Below are positions 26,461 through 37,346 of a stretch of 64,000 bases of DNA, piece by piece (the stretch's first letter is position 1; each line of letters starts with the position of its first letter). A program made the position numbers and the translations under genes. The notes below the pieces were generated by a model. That model ran no database searches and was not told the DNA's origin. It saw nothing but the letters and a program-made list of their open reading frames with translations. The stretch covers positions 248,001-312,000 of the forward strand of contig VJWM01000186.1 in the NCBI GenBank assembly GCA_010909165.1, written 5' to 3'. The DNA is from Anthoceros angustus (taxonomy: Eukaryota > Plantae > Anthocerotophyta).

Positions 26461-29400
26461 CCTACGGTGCATCTGGTGAAGCTAGGGGGACAAGAAGGCA
26501 GCGGGTATCCTATCACCGATGGAAGGTGTGGCCCATTTGCGGGAAGGGTTAAAAGATTTGCATCCATAGGTGGATTGAAGAGTATAAGTGGTGGGAAGCC
26601 TTTGTTGGACGGAAGGAGATTGCTATCGTTGTGGAGAATAACATTGGGCTAGTGCTACGGCGTCCTTGGAAGTGGTTTTCACGTGCAGTGGATCATACGG
26701 ACCACTTCAAGTGCGGATGAAGCTTTGCTAGATGAGGCATTATTGAGGACCTCCACAGCGTGATATGTATTTGGGGCATATCAAAATGCGGAAGGCAAGC
26801 TGCGGAAATGGCACGGATGAATGGGGACATAACGAGAGGGATGTTTACGGCGGTGCCGTGCAATACGGACATGCATAACAGGCCATTACGGATTGGGAGG
26901 TCATTGGACGTGAAGCTAAGCACCACGACCTCACTTTCTTATCCACTAGTATCGGACCGAGCACATAGATGCGTATGAAGGGAGATATGTGCAGGAACAC
27001 ATAGTCCGCCAGAGTGGTAACCCATCTGGTCCAATGCCGAGGAAAAAAGGGAATAAGATCCATTACCTAAAAAACATACAGGAGGTATTTGTGAATGAAA
27101 CAGTCATCCTGTATTATGGGTTTGTGTTGAACGCACGGAAACATCTGTATGCGGTGGACAAAAAAGCGATAAGGGATAAGCTCTGCGAGTTGCGTGGCTT
27201 CATACAACCTGCGAGTGAAAGTGTCGCTGAAGATAGTGATGACAATGGAGGAGAAGCTGGACCAAGTGATGACGATGGATTGAACTCGGGATGAGTGAAA
27301 CTGAAATCTCGCTTTCCGGGGTCCCAGTTAATGTTGTAAGTCCTTGATGTTTCGTGTTAGGAAATACCGTCCGTGGCTTTTGTGGTGTCATAACAAAACC
27401 ACATTTCCATCCCAAAGCGAGTGATGCCCCCGCCCGGCAGAACGGCCTTCCTCACCGCTCCTACTTTGCATCATTCCCTAGGTTCGAGTTTGCGACCACC
27501 ATTCGACACAAACATTCTTTGGATGGAAAGTAGTAACTTCTTGGGTGACACCCTTTTTTGAATGTTTTCCATGCCTTCAAAGCATGTTTTAGGGCCCATC
27601 AAAACCCCTTGAGATTATTTTGCGGAAAACCCCTTGATTATTCACCCCTTCAAAAATTATCGTGTTATTTCTCCGCAGATTAGGATGTTCGACTAGCGGC
27701 GAGATTCCAAGCCCATGGTGAAGAGTCACCCAGTATCGAGAAAAGCACACGTGGATGCGCCTTTGATACGCCATCGGGTCTCGTGACATTCCATATCCTA
27801 CATCAACCGCTTTTTAGGTTAGTTCATTTCAACAATGTTTTTGAACTTATATCCCTAACGAGATCTCTTGTTCGATAGGGGGTTTGTGTGTCTCTTACTT
27901 GTTAAGTACCTCTTCACCTCGATTGGTGCCTCCTCCTATCACATCCGTCTGTTTCCCCTTGCTCAAAACATCACGACTCTCTAGCAATGTCGGTGACATC
28001 CTCCCCTCCTCCACCCGGTCCGGATCTTTTACACCTGTCTTCACGCAGTTAAAAGAAAAGACCGGTTCTTGGACAAAAATATGAGCTATGGAAGGTGAGG
28101 ATGAAGTCCACTCTGCTTGCTAGAAATGTTTGGGGATATGCTGATGGTTCTATTCCAGAACCAGCATCTACAACCAAGGGAGAAAAGGATCATTGGGCAC
28201 ATGCCAGACATATGCATGGCCCTCCTTATTGCTGGTCTTGCCGAAGACCTCCTCCCGACGCAGAATTCCTCACCAAGGCAAGTCAAATATGGCAACGCTT
28301 TGCGATACTTATCAAGTCATAATGTCATGACGTTATGTGCACTTCGCTTGGAATTCTATGGTGAAGGCGAAAGAAGGGGATAAGGTACTTACACATTGCA
28401 ACAAGTTCCGTCACTTGCGAGCTCAACTTGCTGCATGGGCACCAAAATGGATGAGATTGATGTGGCTCAATTGCTTCTGAGCCTCCTCCCGACTACCGTA
28501 ATTTTTGTCTTCACATAATGCTCCCATTAGAGCGAAGAATTCTTTATTCTTTGGCAGAAGCTTCTCCACTCACCCTTGGCCACGGGTGATAGGGGCGTTA
28601 TACTGTGAAGAGCAAAGCGGGCTCATGTCGAGTGCGGATCCAAGTCCAAAGGCGGCAGTGTTTTCTCGCTTCCGTGGTAAACCATTCCGAGGCGGGCCAA
28701 GACATGTGATAGGTACACATCCTCCTCGCCATGAGACTCACCATGAGGCTGGTCCATCAACCATTAAGCGTCAGGGCACATGTAATTGGTGTGGTATCCC
28801 TGGACACTGGGCAAAGGAATGTCGAAGAAGGAGTGAACCTCGAGGCTCAGGCGCATCAGCACGCCATTTGTTAGAAAAATTCTCAGTCGCATTCTTCAAA
28901 GCCAGTGGTAAAAATACTGATTGTTTGTCTTACCTCATCGACACATGATGCTTCTTGGTTCTCTGGATTCGAGCCACATCCCACATTTGCCGTGATGAGT
29001 CCCAATTCACCGATGCGGCTCACATCAAAGCGTGGGCGTGTTTACAGGTGATGAACACATTGACACGAGTTCTGATCCTTGGTCAAGGTTCTGTAAATTC
29101 GGAGAATAGCTGTTCTTACATTATCGATGTCCTCTATGTGCCTCGTATGGCCAAAAACTTGTTCTCTTTGAGCAAGTTGATGAAGACCCAGTGTTTTCTT
29201 CTCCAAGTTTCAGATACCTCCTGTTGCTTCTATCGGAACTCTGCTCCGTCTATATGTGTGTTTCGGGCACACCCTGAACAGGACTTGTATTGCCTGGACA
29301 TCCAATGCATCATCAGTTCTAATCCTCAAGCTCATTCTACAAGTGTAGGAAACCTTTCAGCTACTCAGCAAGCAGTTTTATGGCACGCACGCTTGGGTCA

Positions 29401-32400
29401 TGTCAATCGCACAACAATGATTTCCATGAGCAAGCATGCTGGTTATCGAGAACCCTTACCTTCTTGTCTGAAGGATCTGCCACTCTGTGAGACATGTGCT
29501 TTGGCCAAACAGAAGGAACTTCCTTTTCCCAGCACACCTACTCACAGATCTACTCAACTACTCGAATTGGTCCATGCTGATATCTCAGGCCGCCTTCAGG
29601 TTTCTTCACTTGGGGGGGCAGATTACTATTTAACTATCACTGATGATTACAGTAGATACACATGGACATTCCCCATGCACAAGAAAAGCGACACCTTTCC
29701 TTTATTTCAGGATTGGCTAGTCACTGTACAACGACAAATTGGTTGCCTCTTGAAGCTGTTCAGGTCTGATAATGGGACAGAATTTGTTAATACTGCCTTC
29801 TCTACTTTCCTGGAATCATAAGGCATTATACATCAGCTTATTGTCCCATACACGCAGCAGCAAAACGGCGTTGCTGAACGTAAAAACCAGACACTTATGG
29901 GAATGACAAGAGCTATGCTATTATGGTTAGGTTTACCATCTCCATATTGGGCAGAAGCAATTGTCACGTCCACATATATTCTGAACAGGTTGCTAACCAG
30001 TTCTCTAACCTTCAAGACACCATTTGAGCTTTTCGGGAAACGTAAGCCCAGCTTACTACATCTTAGGGTATTTGGCTCCAAGGCCTTCGCATATATACCT
30101 TCTGAGAAGCGACGCAAGCTTGACAACAGGTCTCACAGCCTTATTTTTATTGGCTACAGCGAACATGTAAAAGCTTACAAGCTTATTGACCCTTCTTCAC
30201 GTCAGCCTGTCCTAGCGTAGTGTAACTTTCGTTGAACCACTGCAGCCAGTTGCACAGTCAGCAATTTATGACACATATTCTGGCTCAAATGTATCACCTG
30301 TTACTCTGGACGATGAGGATGACTCTGATGGAATTGTTTCAGTTTACCCTCTTGATGCTGATGGTGATCCAGGTGTCCCTCTTGTCCAGCCTGTCGCACC
30401 TCCTTTTGCTCATATGAATGCTGATCCACCAGCCCACCTTGATGCCCCTGATGATCTTGATGCACCTGCTCCACCCTTAGATGATTTTGTAGTCGCTGAT
30501 GATCATGAAGATGCACTACCGGAGCTTCCACTGCCAGAGGGGAATGCACATGAGTTGGAATTACCTGCAGCAGTCGATGCTCCTGTGGTAGATGCCCCCG
30601 ATCTAGATGCTGGACTTCGACGATCTACTCGCCATCGTCCTCCACCATCAGATTGGCAGGAGCCAAGATATACATCTATAGACTTCCGGAAGCACACTGC
30701 TGATGCTGTCACAACTTCCATCCCTATTGTCCCACCTGAGCCTGCCACGCTGAAAGAAGCATTCACAGGTCCGGATAAAGAAAAATGGAGGTTCGCTGAT
30801 GATGACGAGTATAACAGCTTGATGAAGAATGGGACTTGGCGTCTTGTTCCCCGACCTGCAAACCGCAAACCTATCACATGCAAATGGGTTTTCAAGCACA
30901 AATTAAATGCAGCAGGGGAGATTGCTTGGTATAAAGCACGCTTATGTGCTAGAGGATTTACACAAGTTGCGACTACCGTGAAACCTTCTTACCGTGGTCC
31001 GTACCCATTCGCTTATACTTGCCCTTGCGCAGAAAGCCCATTTAGAACTCCAGATGGATGTTTGCACCTTTTCTCCATGGCATCAAGAAGAGTTGTACAT
31101 GGAGCAGCGTAAGGCTATGTCGATCCGCACATCCGACTATGTATGTTTCTCATCAAATGCCTCTATGGGCTCAAGCAAAGTGCGAGCGATGGTACAAGCG
31201 TTGTGATAAAGCACTTAAGTCCCTTGGCCTTCGCCAATGCAGACTCAATGTATATGTCCGCAAGATGGAGCCAATTATGTTCTTCCGCATCAGTATGTTG
31301 ATGACGTCATCGCTTCTAACAAGATCGACCTTCTTACCCGTGTCAAGGGTCTCCTTAGCCGACCTTCGAGATGACAGATAGTGGTGACCTTCTTTTAGGC
31401 ATCCAATTACTCAGGTTAGGTCCGAACGGCTCTTGATCATTCATCAACATAAGTACATAGCGTAAATTTTGCATAAGTTTAACATGCTTCGTGCACATCC
31501 AAAGAAGTACACACAGGCCGTTGGGGCTAAACTTACCCGTTATGAATGCCCTCATTGTGATAAGCGAGATATGGGCGATGTTCCTATCAAAGAGGTAGCT
31601 TGATTTTTGTGAGCAATTGGACTCATACGACATTCAACACTTTCGGTTGTGGCCTCCCCAATTTATGGAGAACCAGGCCGAGCCCATTGACGTCAGAGGA
31701 TATTTCGATATTTACGTGGAACTCACTTCTATGGCCTTTGTTACAAGCATACTGGACAGTCCCCACTTACCTTGCATGGCTTCACAGACGCCGATTGGGC
31801 TTCCGACAGTGACTCTAGGAAGAGTCTCTCGACCTATGTTTTTCTCCTTGCACAGGGTGCCGTTAGCTGGAGCTGCAAGAAGCAAACCAAGCATTGCTAT
31901 CGATCGAGGCGGAATATAAATCACTGACTGATGCAACTAAGGAAATCGAATGGGAAAGGTCTTTTCTTGCCGATATCGGCCAAGAGCGCTTAGGTCCCAC
32001 TCACCGCAGTGATAACCATGGCCATTGCTCTTGTCTCCAATCCTGCGGTTCCATGCTCGTACAAAACACATCGAGATACAAAGACTATGTAGATGTCACG
32101 AGAGGGAATTACCAAGGTTTTCTATGTTCCCACAGATGATAACACAATAGACATTCTGACTAAGGCTCTTCCCAAAGACAAGCATTACAAGCATATGGAA
32201 GGCCTCGGGCTGATTGTTTACAAGCCCTACTTTCTCAAAGAGTAACTCACGATGGGGGGTGAGGTCTTCAACCTCGATATGTGGAGATGCTGCCCGTTTT
32301 TCTATGTTTCAAGTGCTCAGATGTGTGACAGGGTTAGTACCACTTCACCGCATGTGGATGAATCAAGTCGCTTCTAATCACCTGGATGCTGGTGTCTTTT

Positions 32401-34100
32401 CTCCTCCTCCTACAATATCTTCAACAGACCGAGTAGTCTCTGTGCTTCTTGAAGGGGTCCGAGGAGCTAGTTTCGCTGTATCCTGGAGTGTCTTCTCCCC
32501 TCGCAGGCTTTGCCCAGCAGAGCTGTATGTTGAAGAGAACTTTCCAGCCTCCGACCCTGATGGCGGCGCCAGCTAAATGGGTTTCATCCCACTCCTCTTC
32601 AGCTGGCTTCTTCTTGGCAAACTGCTCCTTCTGTGTCCTACTTCGCTTGGACCTTTTCGAGGGCATTGTGCACACTAGGACAGCGCTTACAACTTGGACT
32701 CCAGCGAAGATGCAAGTGATGAGGACTGCCTATGCAGCTGCGAGATTTGTAGCAGTCTCCATGACTCTCCAGCTCACGCGTCCTTGTTTGGTTATGATCG
32801 CCGCAATTCAAGTTCCCTGCGCCCGCTTCTGCCTCGTGACTGTCCTGTGTCTTCTTCATTGATGACCCTGTCCTTTATCAATTGCGCCTGACCTCCTAAG
32901 CTGCTTTTGCTTAAGGAGGGTGTTAGGAATTAAGCCTTACTCGCTTAGGGTTAATTATCGGGTTATTTATATTTAGGTTTTATTATCTAAGGGTCATCTA
33001 GTGAAGAGGCACCTAGTGCATATATAGATATACTTTTAAACACTTTTTGTACATTATTATTCTTATCAATTTGTCTCATGTTCTTTTCCCTCCTGCTCTC
33101 CCTGTCTGGTCATGTCCTATTGTCATGTCCAATAATTATCATTCCTCTCCGGCAACGCGGCAAGGGCTGCTTCCGATTGATGGAGGTTGATGTAACACTT
33201 CTCAATCAATTCCAAATTGGTGTAGGCCCATTGGCAGCCATACGCCCATCCTAACTGGATGTTTTCCTCCTTGGCCCATTGACTGAAATCTACCAAATCA
33301 CGGGGATTGAGCTGCCCCGCAAAACAGGTGAACTGGGGCATCACGAGTTCATCTCCCCTTGGCGGCGCAGCCTCCGCTGCCGCCTTCTTCCCCTTGCCTC
33401 CTCGCGAGGAAGAACCCTTGGTAGGCGGTTCCTTCCCCTTGCCTTTCCCTGCTTGAGGCATGGCGCCTTTCCCTTCTCCAAGTGCTTCAAGGAAGGGAAT
33501 TACTCCCCAATTTGAAGCGTTGAGAGCTTCAAAACTTCACTCCTCAACACACCCCTTCCTTGTTGTGGCAACAACACTCACCCTGCAACCCACGCACACG
33601 TTAGCCCTGGCTTGAGTTCTCCAGCTGCTGCCAATCTCCTCTTCGTGGTCCTTTCTCCAAGGCAGGGCGCCGCCACCAATTGTTCTCAGCGCTCCTCCTG
33701 TCCTCAATTCCGCAGCTACAGCACCTCGAGTGCTCCGTCCTCCCGGCTCTCACTCTGCACCTCCTTCTCCTGTAGCCCGGGGCGCGTGGAGAGCTCCCCC
33801 CCCCTAGTTCGCGGCGCTCGCAGTTGGGTTCGGTCCCTCCTTGATAAAGTCGCAGCCGCCCTCGCCTTCGCTCGGCTCATGCGATAGTAGCTCCTTTTCT
33901 CGCCGCGATGGTAGCCTTCCTTCCTTTTGTTCTTACGCTCCAACTCCGGCTCCGGCTCCGCCTAGCTCTTGAAGTGGAGGAAGCGCACAAAGCGCACTTT
34001 GCCCTCCTTGGATGATCGCCACCGAGGTCACTAGATTTAGTTCATCATTCTCAAATACCTAATCCTATCTAAACTGCCTATTTTCCTATCATGTCTGCTG

Positions 34101-34473
34101 TCCCTAAGCTCCTTAAGCGTTGTAGGTGGCTTGACGCTGGTTATGATCTTGACCTTATCCGGATCAACGTCCATCCCTCGGGCAGAAATGCAGTGCCCCA
34201 GTAAAATGCCCTCGGGCATGCCGAAATAACATTTTTCGGGGTGCAGGCACAATTGGGTCTGTTGACATCATCGTTCCAAACACTTGCGAAGATGGTCCAA
34301 ATGATCCTTTACCGCTCCGAACACACAGAAGTTGTCAAGAAAACTTCCATAAAGTCTCTGAGGTATTTCTTGAAAATTTTGACAACTGTCCGCATGAAAG
34401 ACCCTGGTGCCCCTGTTAATCCGAACGCACTTCGTTTGTAGGCGTAGGTTCCCCAGTCCGTAGTGAAGGCTGT
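34101..34473 (-). pseudogene. Gypsy RT, C-terminal part
   Basis: TAFTTDWGTYAYKR.AFGLTGAPGSF...VFLDNFCVFG...HLRKCLER...HPEKCYFGMPEGILLGHCIS...PPTTLKELR. Confidence 0.9.
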
Positions 34474-34486
34474 TAACGGCTAGTCG

Positions 34487-34815
34487 CTCGAGCCCAGCGC
34501 TGTGCCAGTCAGGATTCCACAATACAAGCTGAATCCGAAATATTCCCTAAAGGTGAAGGAGCAGTACTTTACCTGCGCGCGGATATCATCTACCCAATTG
34601 TGACATCGGAATGGGTAGCCCCGATTGTGGTGGTCCCTAAAAAACAGAAGGGAAAGATACGTGTCTGCCAGGATTGGAGGAAGTTGAACAAGGTAACCAA
34701 GAAGGACCATTTCCCACTCCCGTTCATAGACAACATCCTGGATCTAGTTGCGGGAAGGATGGTCTATTCATTCTTGGACGGGTATTCGAGATACAATCAG
34801 CTTCATCTTCGGGAG
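34487..34815 (+). pseudogene. Gypsy RT, N-terminal part (inverted relative to the rest)
   Basis: PVRIPQYKLNPKYSLKVKE...SEWVAPIVVVPKK..IRVCQDWRKLNKVTKKDHFPLPFIDNILD..YSFLDGYSRYNQ (Athila/Tat-type motifs). Confidence 0.92.
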
Positions 34816-35926
34816 AGCCATACTGACAGATGGAACTGGTTGCATAGAAGGCGGAGTTGGAGGGGAAAAGGAATATGTATGGAGATAAAGGGAAGCTAAA
34901 GAGGTGGTCTCTAGCAGACATACATAAATACAAAACCACCACCGAACAGGTAAACGGTTATCTAAAGAAAACTCTTTTTAGGGTTTCATTTGGCTTTTAG
35001 CAGAACTAGGAAAAGACCAACTAACCTGCTGAATTCTTTTCTAGGGCATGGATGGCTTCAGGAAAACGGTTACTAACTGCTAGTGCTGAGCCAGCGAAAG
35101 CCGGAAAAGGGGTAGCAACGCACTTGGACTTGAAACCCTGAACCATCACCATGCTAGAAAAACAGGTTAGATCAATCTGACCGCTCCTCCTCAGAGGAGC
35201 GTAATGTGATGTTCAGTATCTGCAATTGCTTGGTCAGTCCTTCAATTTCAGAGGGAAATCTAATAAATAGTTTATGAATTTTAAAATCTGTTGAGTCCAG
35301 CCTCATAGAAAAAGATTGTTGTCTACGGACAGCAGCGTTTAGAATTCCTTCCAAATTGCACTCGGATCAATATCTGTGAATGTGTTTGCGGATATCTCCT
35401 GGTGCGGGAATCATGGTCGAGAGGTCGCCAACAGTTTGTACGGTCATGATCTTGTTTGAATCGCCCACAACCTGGTACAAGTGGATGTTGTAGCGATTCG
35501 GTAGATTTTTGATGTGAAGTATTGCCTTGACACCGATAATTCTCCAGGATCAATTGATCAAGTTCAGCCTTTGTCTCGACCCACCCGGAGGATGTTGGAA
35601 TACACGAGGAGGTCTTAAGAAAACCTGGCCTTGAGAAGGTCTTTGCAAATCCTCCTCTTCCACCGAATCCACAATTCGATTTATTCCTCAGATTGCAACT
35701 ACAAAGATGTCACCGCATGTGCTCACGATACCATATGAAAAACCGAGGCGGATTTAAGTCAAGAAAGCTTGACATGATGTGGTGTCACGAAGAACAAGTG
35801 CAAGCAGTAATGCTTAGATAAAATAAAATAAATGAGCATACACATAAGCGTAAATCAGTTTAAATAGTGTAAACCTAATGAACCCCATACGCCTAGGTTA
35901 CACATATACTTAATGTATATTTTTCA
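34816..35926 (-). mobile_element. Copia-4 (tRNA-iMet primed LTR element), truncated: 5' LTR + PBS + leader
   Basis: LTR 35926-35736 with TGAAAAA...TTTTTCA ends, followed by TATGGTATCGTGAGC PBS; no gag-pol or second LTR. The Copia assignment rests on the short LTR and PBS only. Confidence 0.7.
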
Positions 35927-37346
35927 TATCCTCCTTGCTCTTGTCCTCCTGTTTGGTTTGTCCATACCTTGCTTGGAGCATTCTCAAAGAGTCTTCCTCC
36001 CCCAATTGTTGGCCGATGTTCCCACTAAATTCTTCGGGCCCTTTTTGCGTTTGTCTCCTCTCCTGGCCCTGGCTCTTCCCTTATTCGTGGGGTGAGGGAA
36101 CTTCTCACCCCTCCCCCTTCCTCGGCGGTCCTAATTCCGCTCTTGCTCTCCTCCGGTGGGGCCGTTTCCCCCACCACCTCATCTGCTCCTCTAGGGGGTA
36201 TACTACCGGACCCTTCTCCTTCATCCGCAACAGCCTCGGGCCCGACTGCCATGCCACTCTTACCCCTAGTCCCGGCGGTCGGCAGGGGGAGCTGTTCACC
36301 ACGGTAGTCCGCAGATCTGCAGGTAGGTGGTCACCACCGTGGTAGGGTGACCGAGGGCGGGCTGTTCCCCTCCTTGCTCTCGCCGCCATCCTCCACTCTT
36401 GGCGCGCCTCCTCCATCTCTTGTCTCCTCGGACTCCTGAGTCCATATCACTTGCCTCATCAAAATCGGAGGCCTACCGCACTGCAGCCTCCTTCTATCAT
36501 CATCATGAGGACCCAATGTCCTCCTCTTGGCCAATCGCAATACTGCATTGTTGGCCTTCAAGATCTGTTGTGAGATGGGCCCTGTGTTATGATATTGCAT
36601 TTGGAGATCATCAATCTCGGGGCCACTCTCCATCCTCACACCTACCCTTGTAGGCGTCCCTTGCGTGGTCAATTCTCCCAACGTGACATGGAGGTCACAT
36701 TCTCCTCCTTGCGTCCCTCAAGCTGGCCAATTTTCTTGAAGGGCATAATCCGCCCAAACCTTCGCTTTCTCACCACTGATCTTGTGCACCACCTTCTTGT
36801 GGTGCCTCCTCTTGAACCCCTTTGTTCCAGCTCGGCCATTTGCTTGGCAAGTCTCCCTCCTCCCCGCTAAGCAACCTTTTCAAGGCCCAACTCTTGCGGT
36901 TGTAGGTCCCGAGCTCAGCCTCCAGCGCTTCTCCTCCAAATTGTACCGGGTTCTTCGCAATTCCTCTTCCATGTCCCGGATTTTGATGGCTTGGGTAGCC
37001 ATCACCTGCTCCTGCGCGTCCATTTGCTGGACCGCCACTTTCTCCCTTCCTAGAGCCTCTGTTTTGCCCTTCCGCTCTTGCTCTAATTGGGCAAAATGCT
37101 CCTCATCTTTCTGTCTCCATGAGTCCCGTTGGGTAGTTGCTCGGACAGCTCTTTCTTTGGTTTGAGCCAACCTTGCCTCCAAGACCTTCTCCACGCGCCG
37201 CTGATCCATAAGGTTGCGCTGGAGCTTCTCTACAGCCTTATCCAGCTTGGCTGCCTTCTCGTCGGACTCCATGGCCTCCAATTGCCATTTGGTCCTTGCT
37301 CTCCTCTCCGTCATCTCTTGGCCTTCGCCCGGGACTTCCTTGGCAC
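35927..37346 (-). mobile_element. Host B: second, diverged fragment of the host Gypsy accessory ORF (no Copia-2 insertion)
   Basis: Homologous to 15512-15686 + 22104-23340; coiled coil QAIKIRDMEEELRRTRYNLE; empty site GAGGGAACTTCTCAC. Confidence 0.85.

Larger units (their letters stand above)
25265..27666 (+). mobile_element. TIR DNA transposon derivative (Sola1-like), copy 1
   Basis: TIR AACACGATAATTTTTGAAGGG (clean at 45112; reverse complement ending at 27666), flanked by ATTT on both sides; transposase-C-terminus-like peptide GMFTAVPCNTD..PLRIGEVIG...VNETVILYYGFVLN at ~26650-27294. Confidence 0.7.
24477..33139 (+). mobile_element. Copia-3: full-length Ty1/Copia related to Copia-2, carrying a nested TIR element
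   Basis: LTRs 24477-24686 and 32921-33139; PBS ~24689; PPT TTAAGGAGGG; TSD CATTC 24472-24476 and 33140-33144; gag RMKSTLLARNVWGY, CNWCGIPGH knuckle, LWHARLGH / LVHADISG / RSDNGTEF integrase, RT, RH ending ~32245. Confidence 0.95.
14138..34473 (-). mobile_element. Host A: deleted Ty3/Gypsy-type element (RT remnant + large accessory ORF), interrupted by Copia-2 and Copia-3
   Basis: Minus-strand RT remnant 34101-34473, then accessory ORF MPQAGKGK... from 33461 continuing across both Copia TSDs (33461-33140, 24476-22104, 15686-~15200), with an NGWKT..WRLFAKIVLGLVNY..PDWGTIMYE domain and a long coiled coil. Confidence 0.75.
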
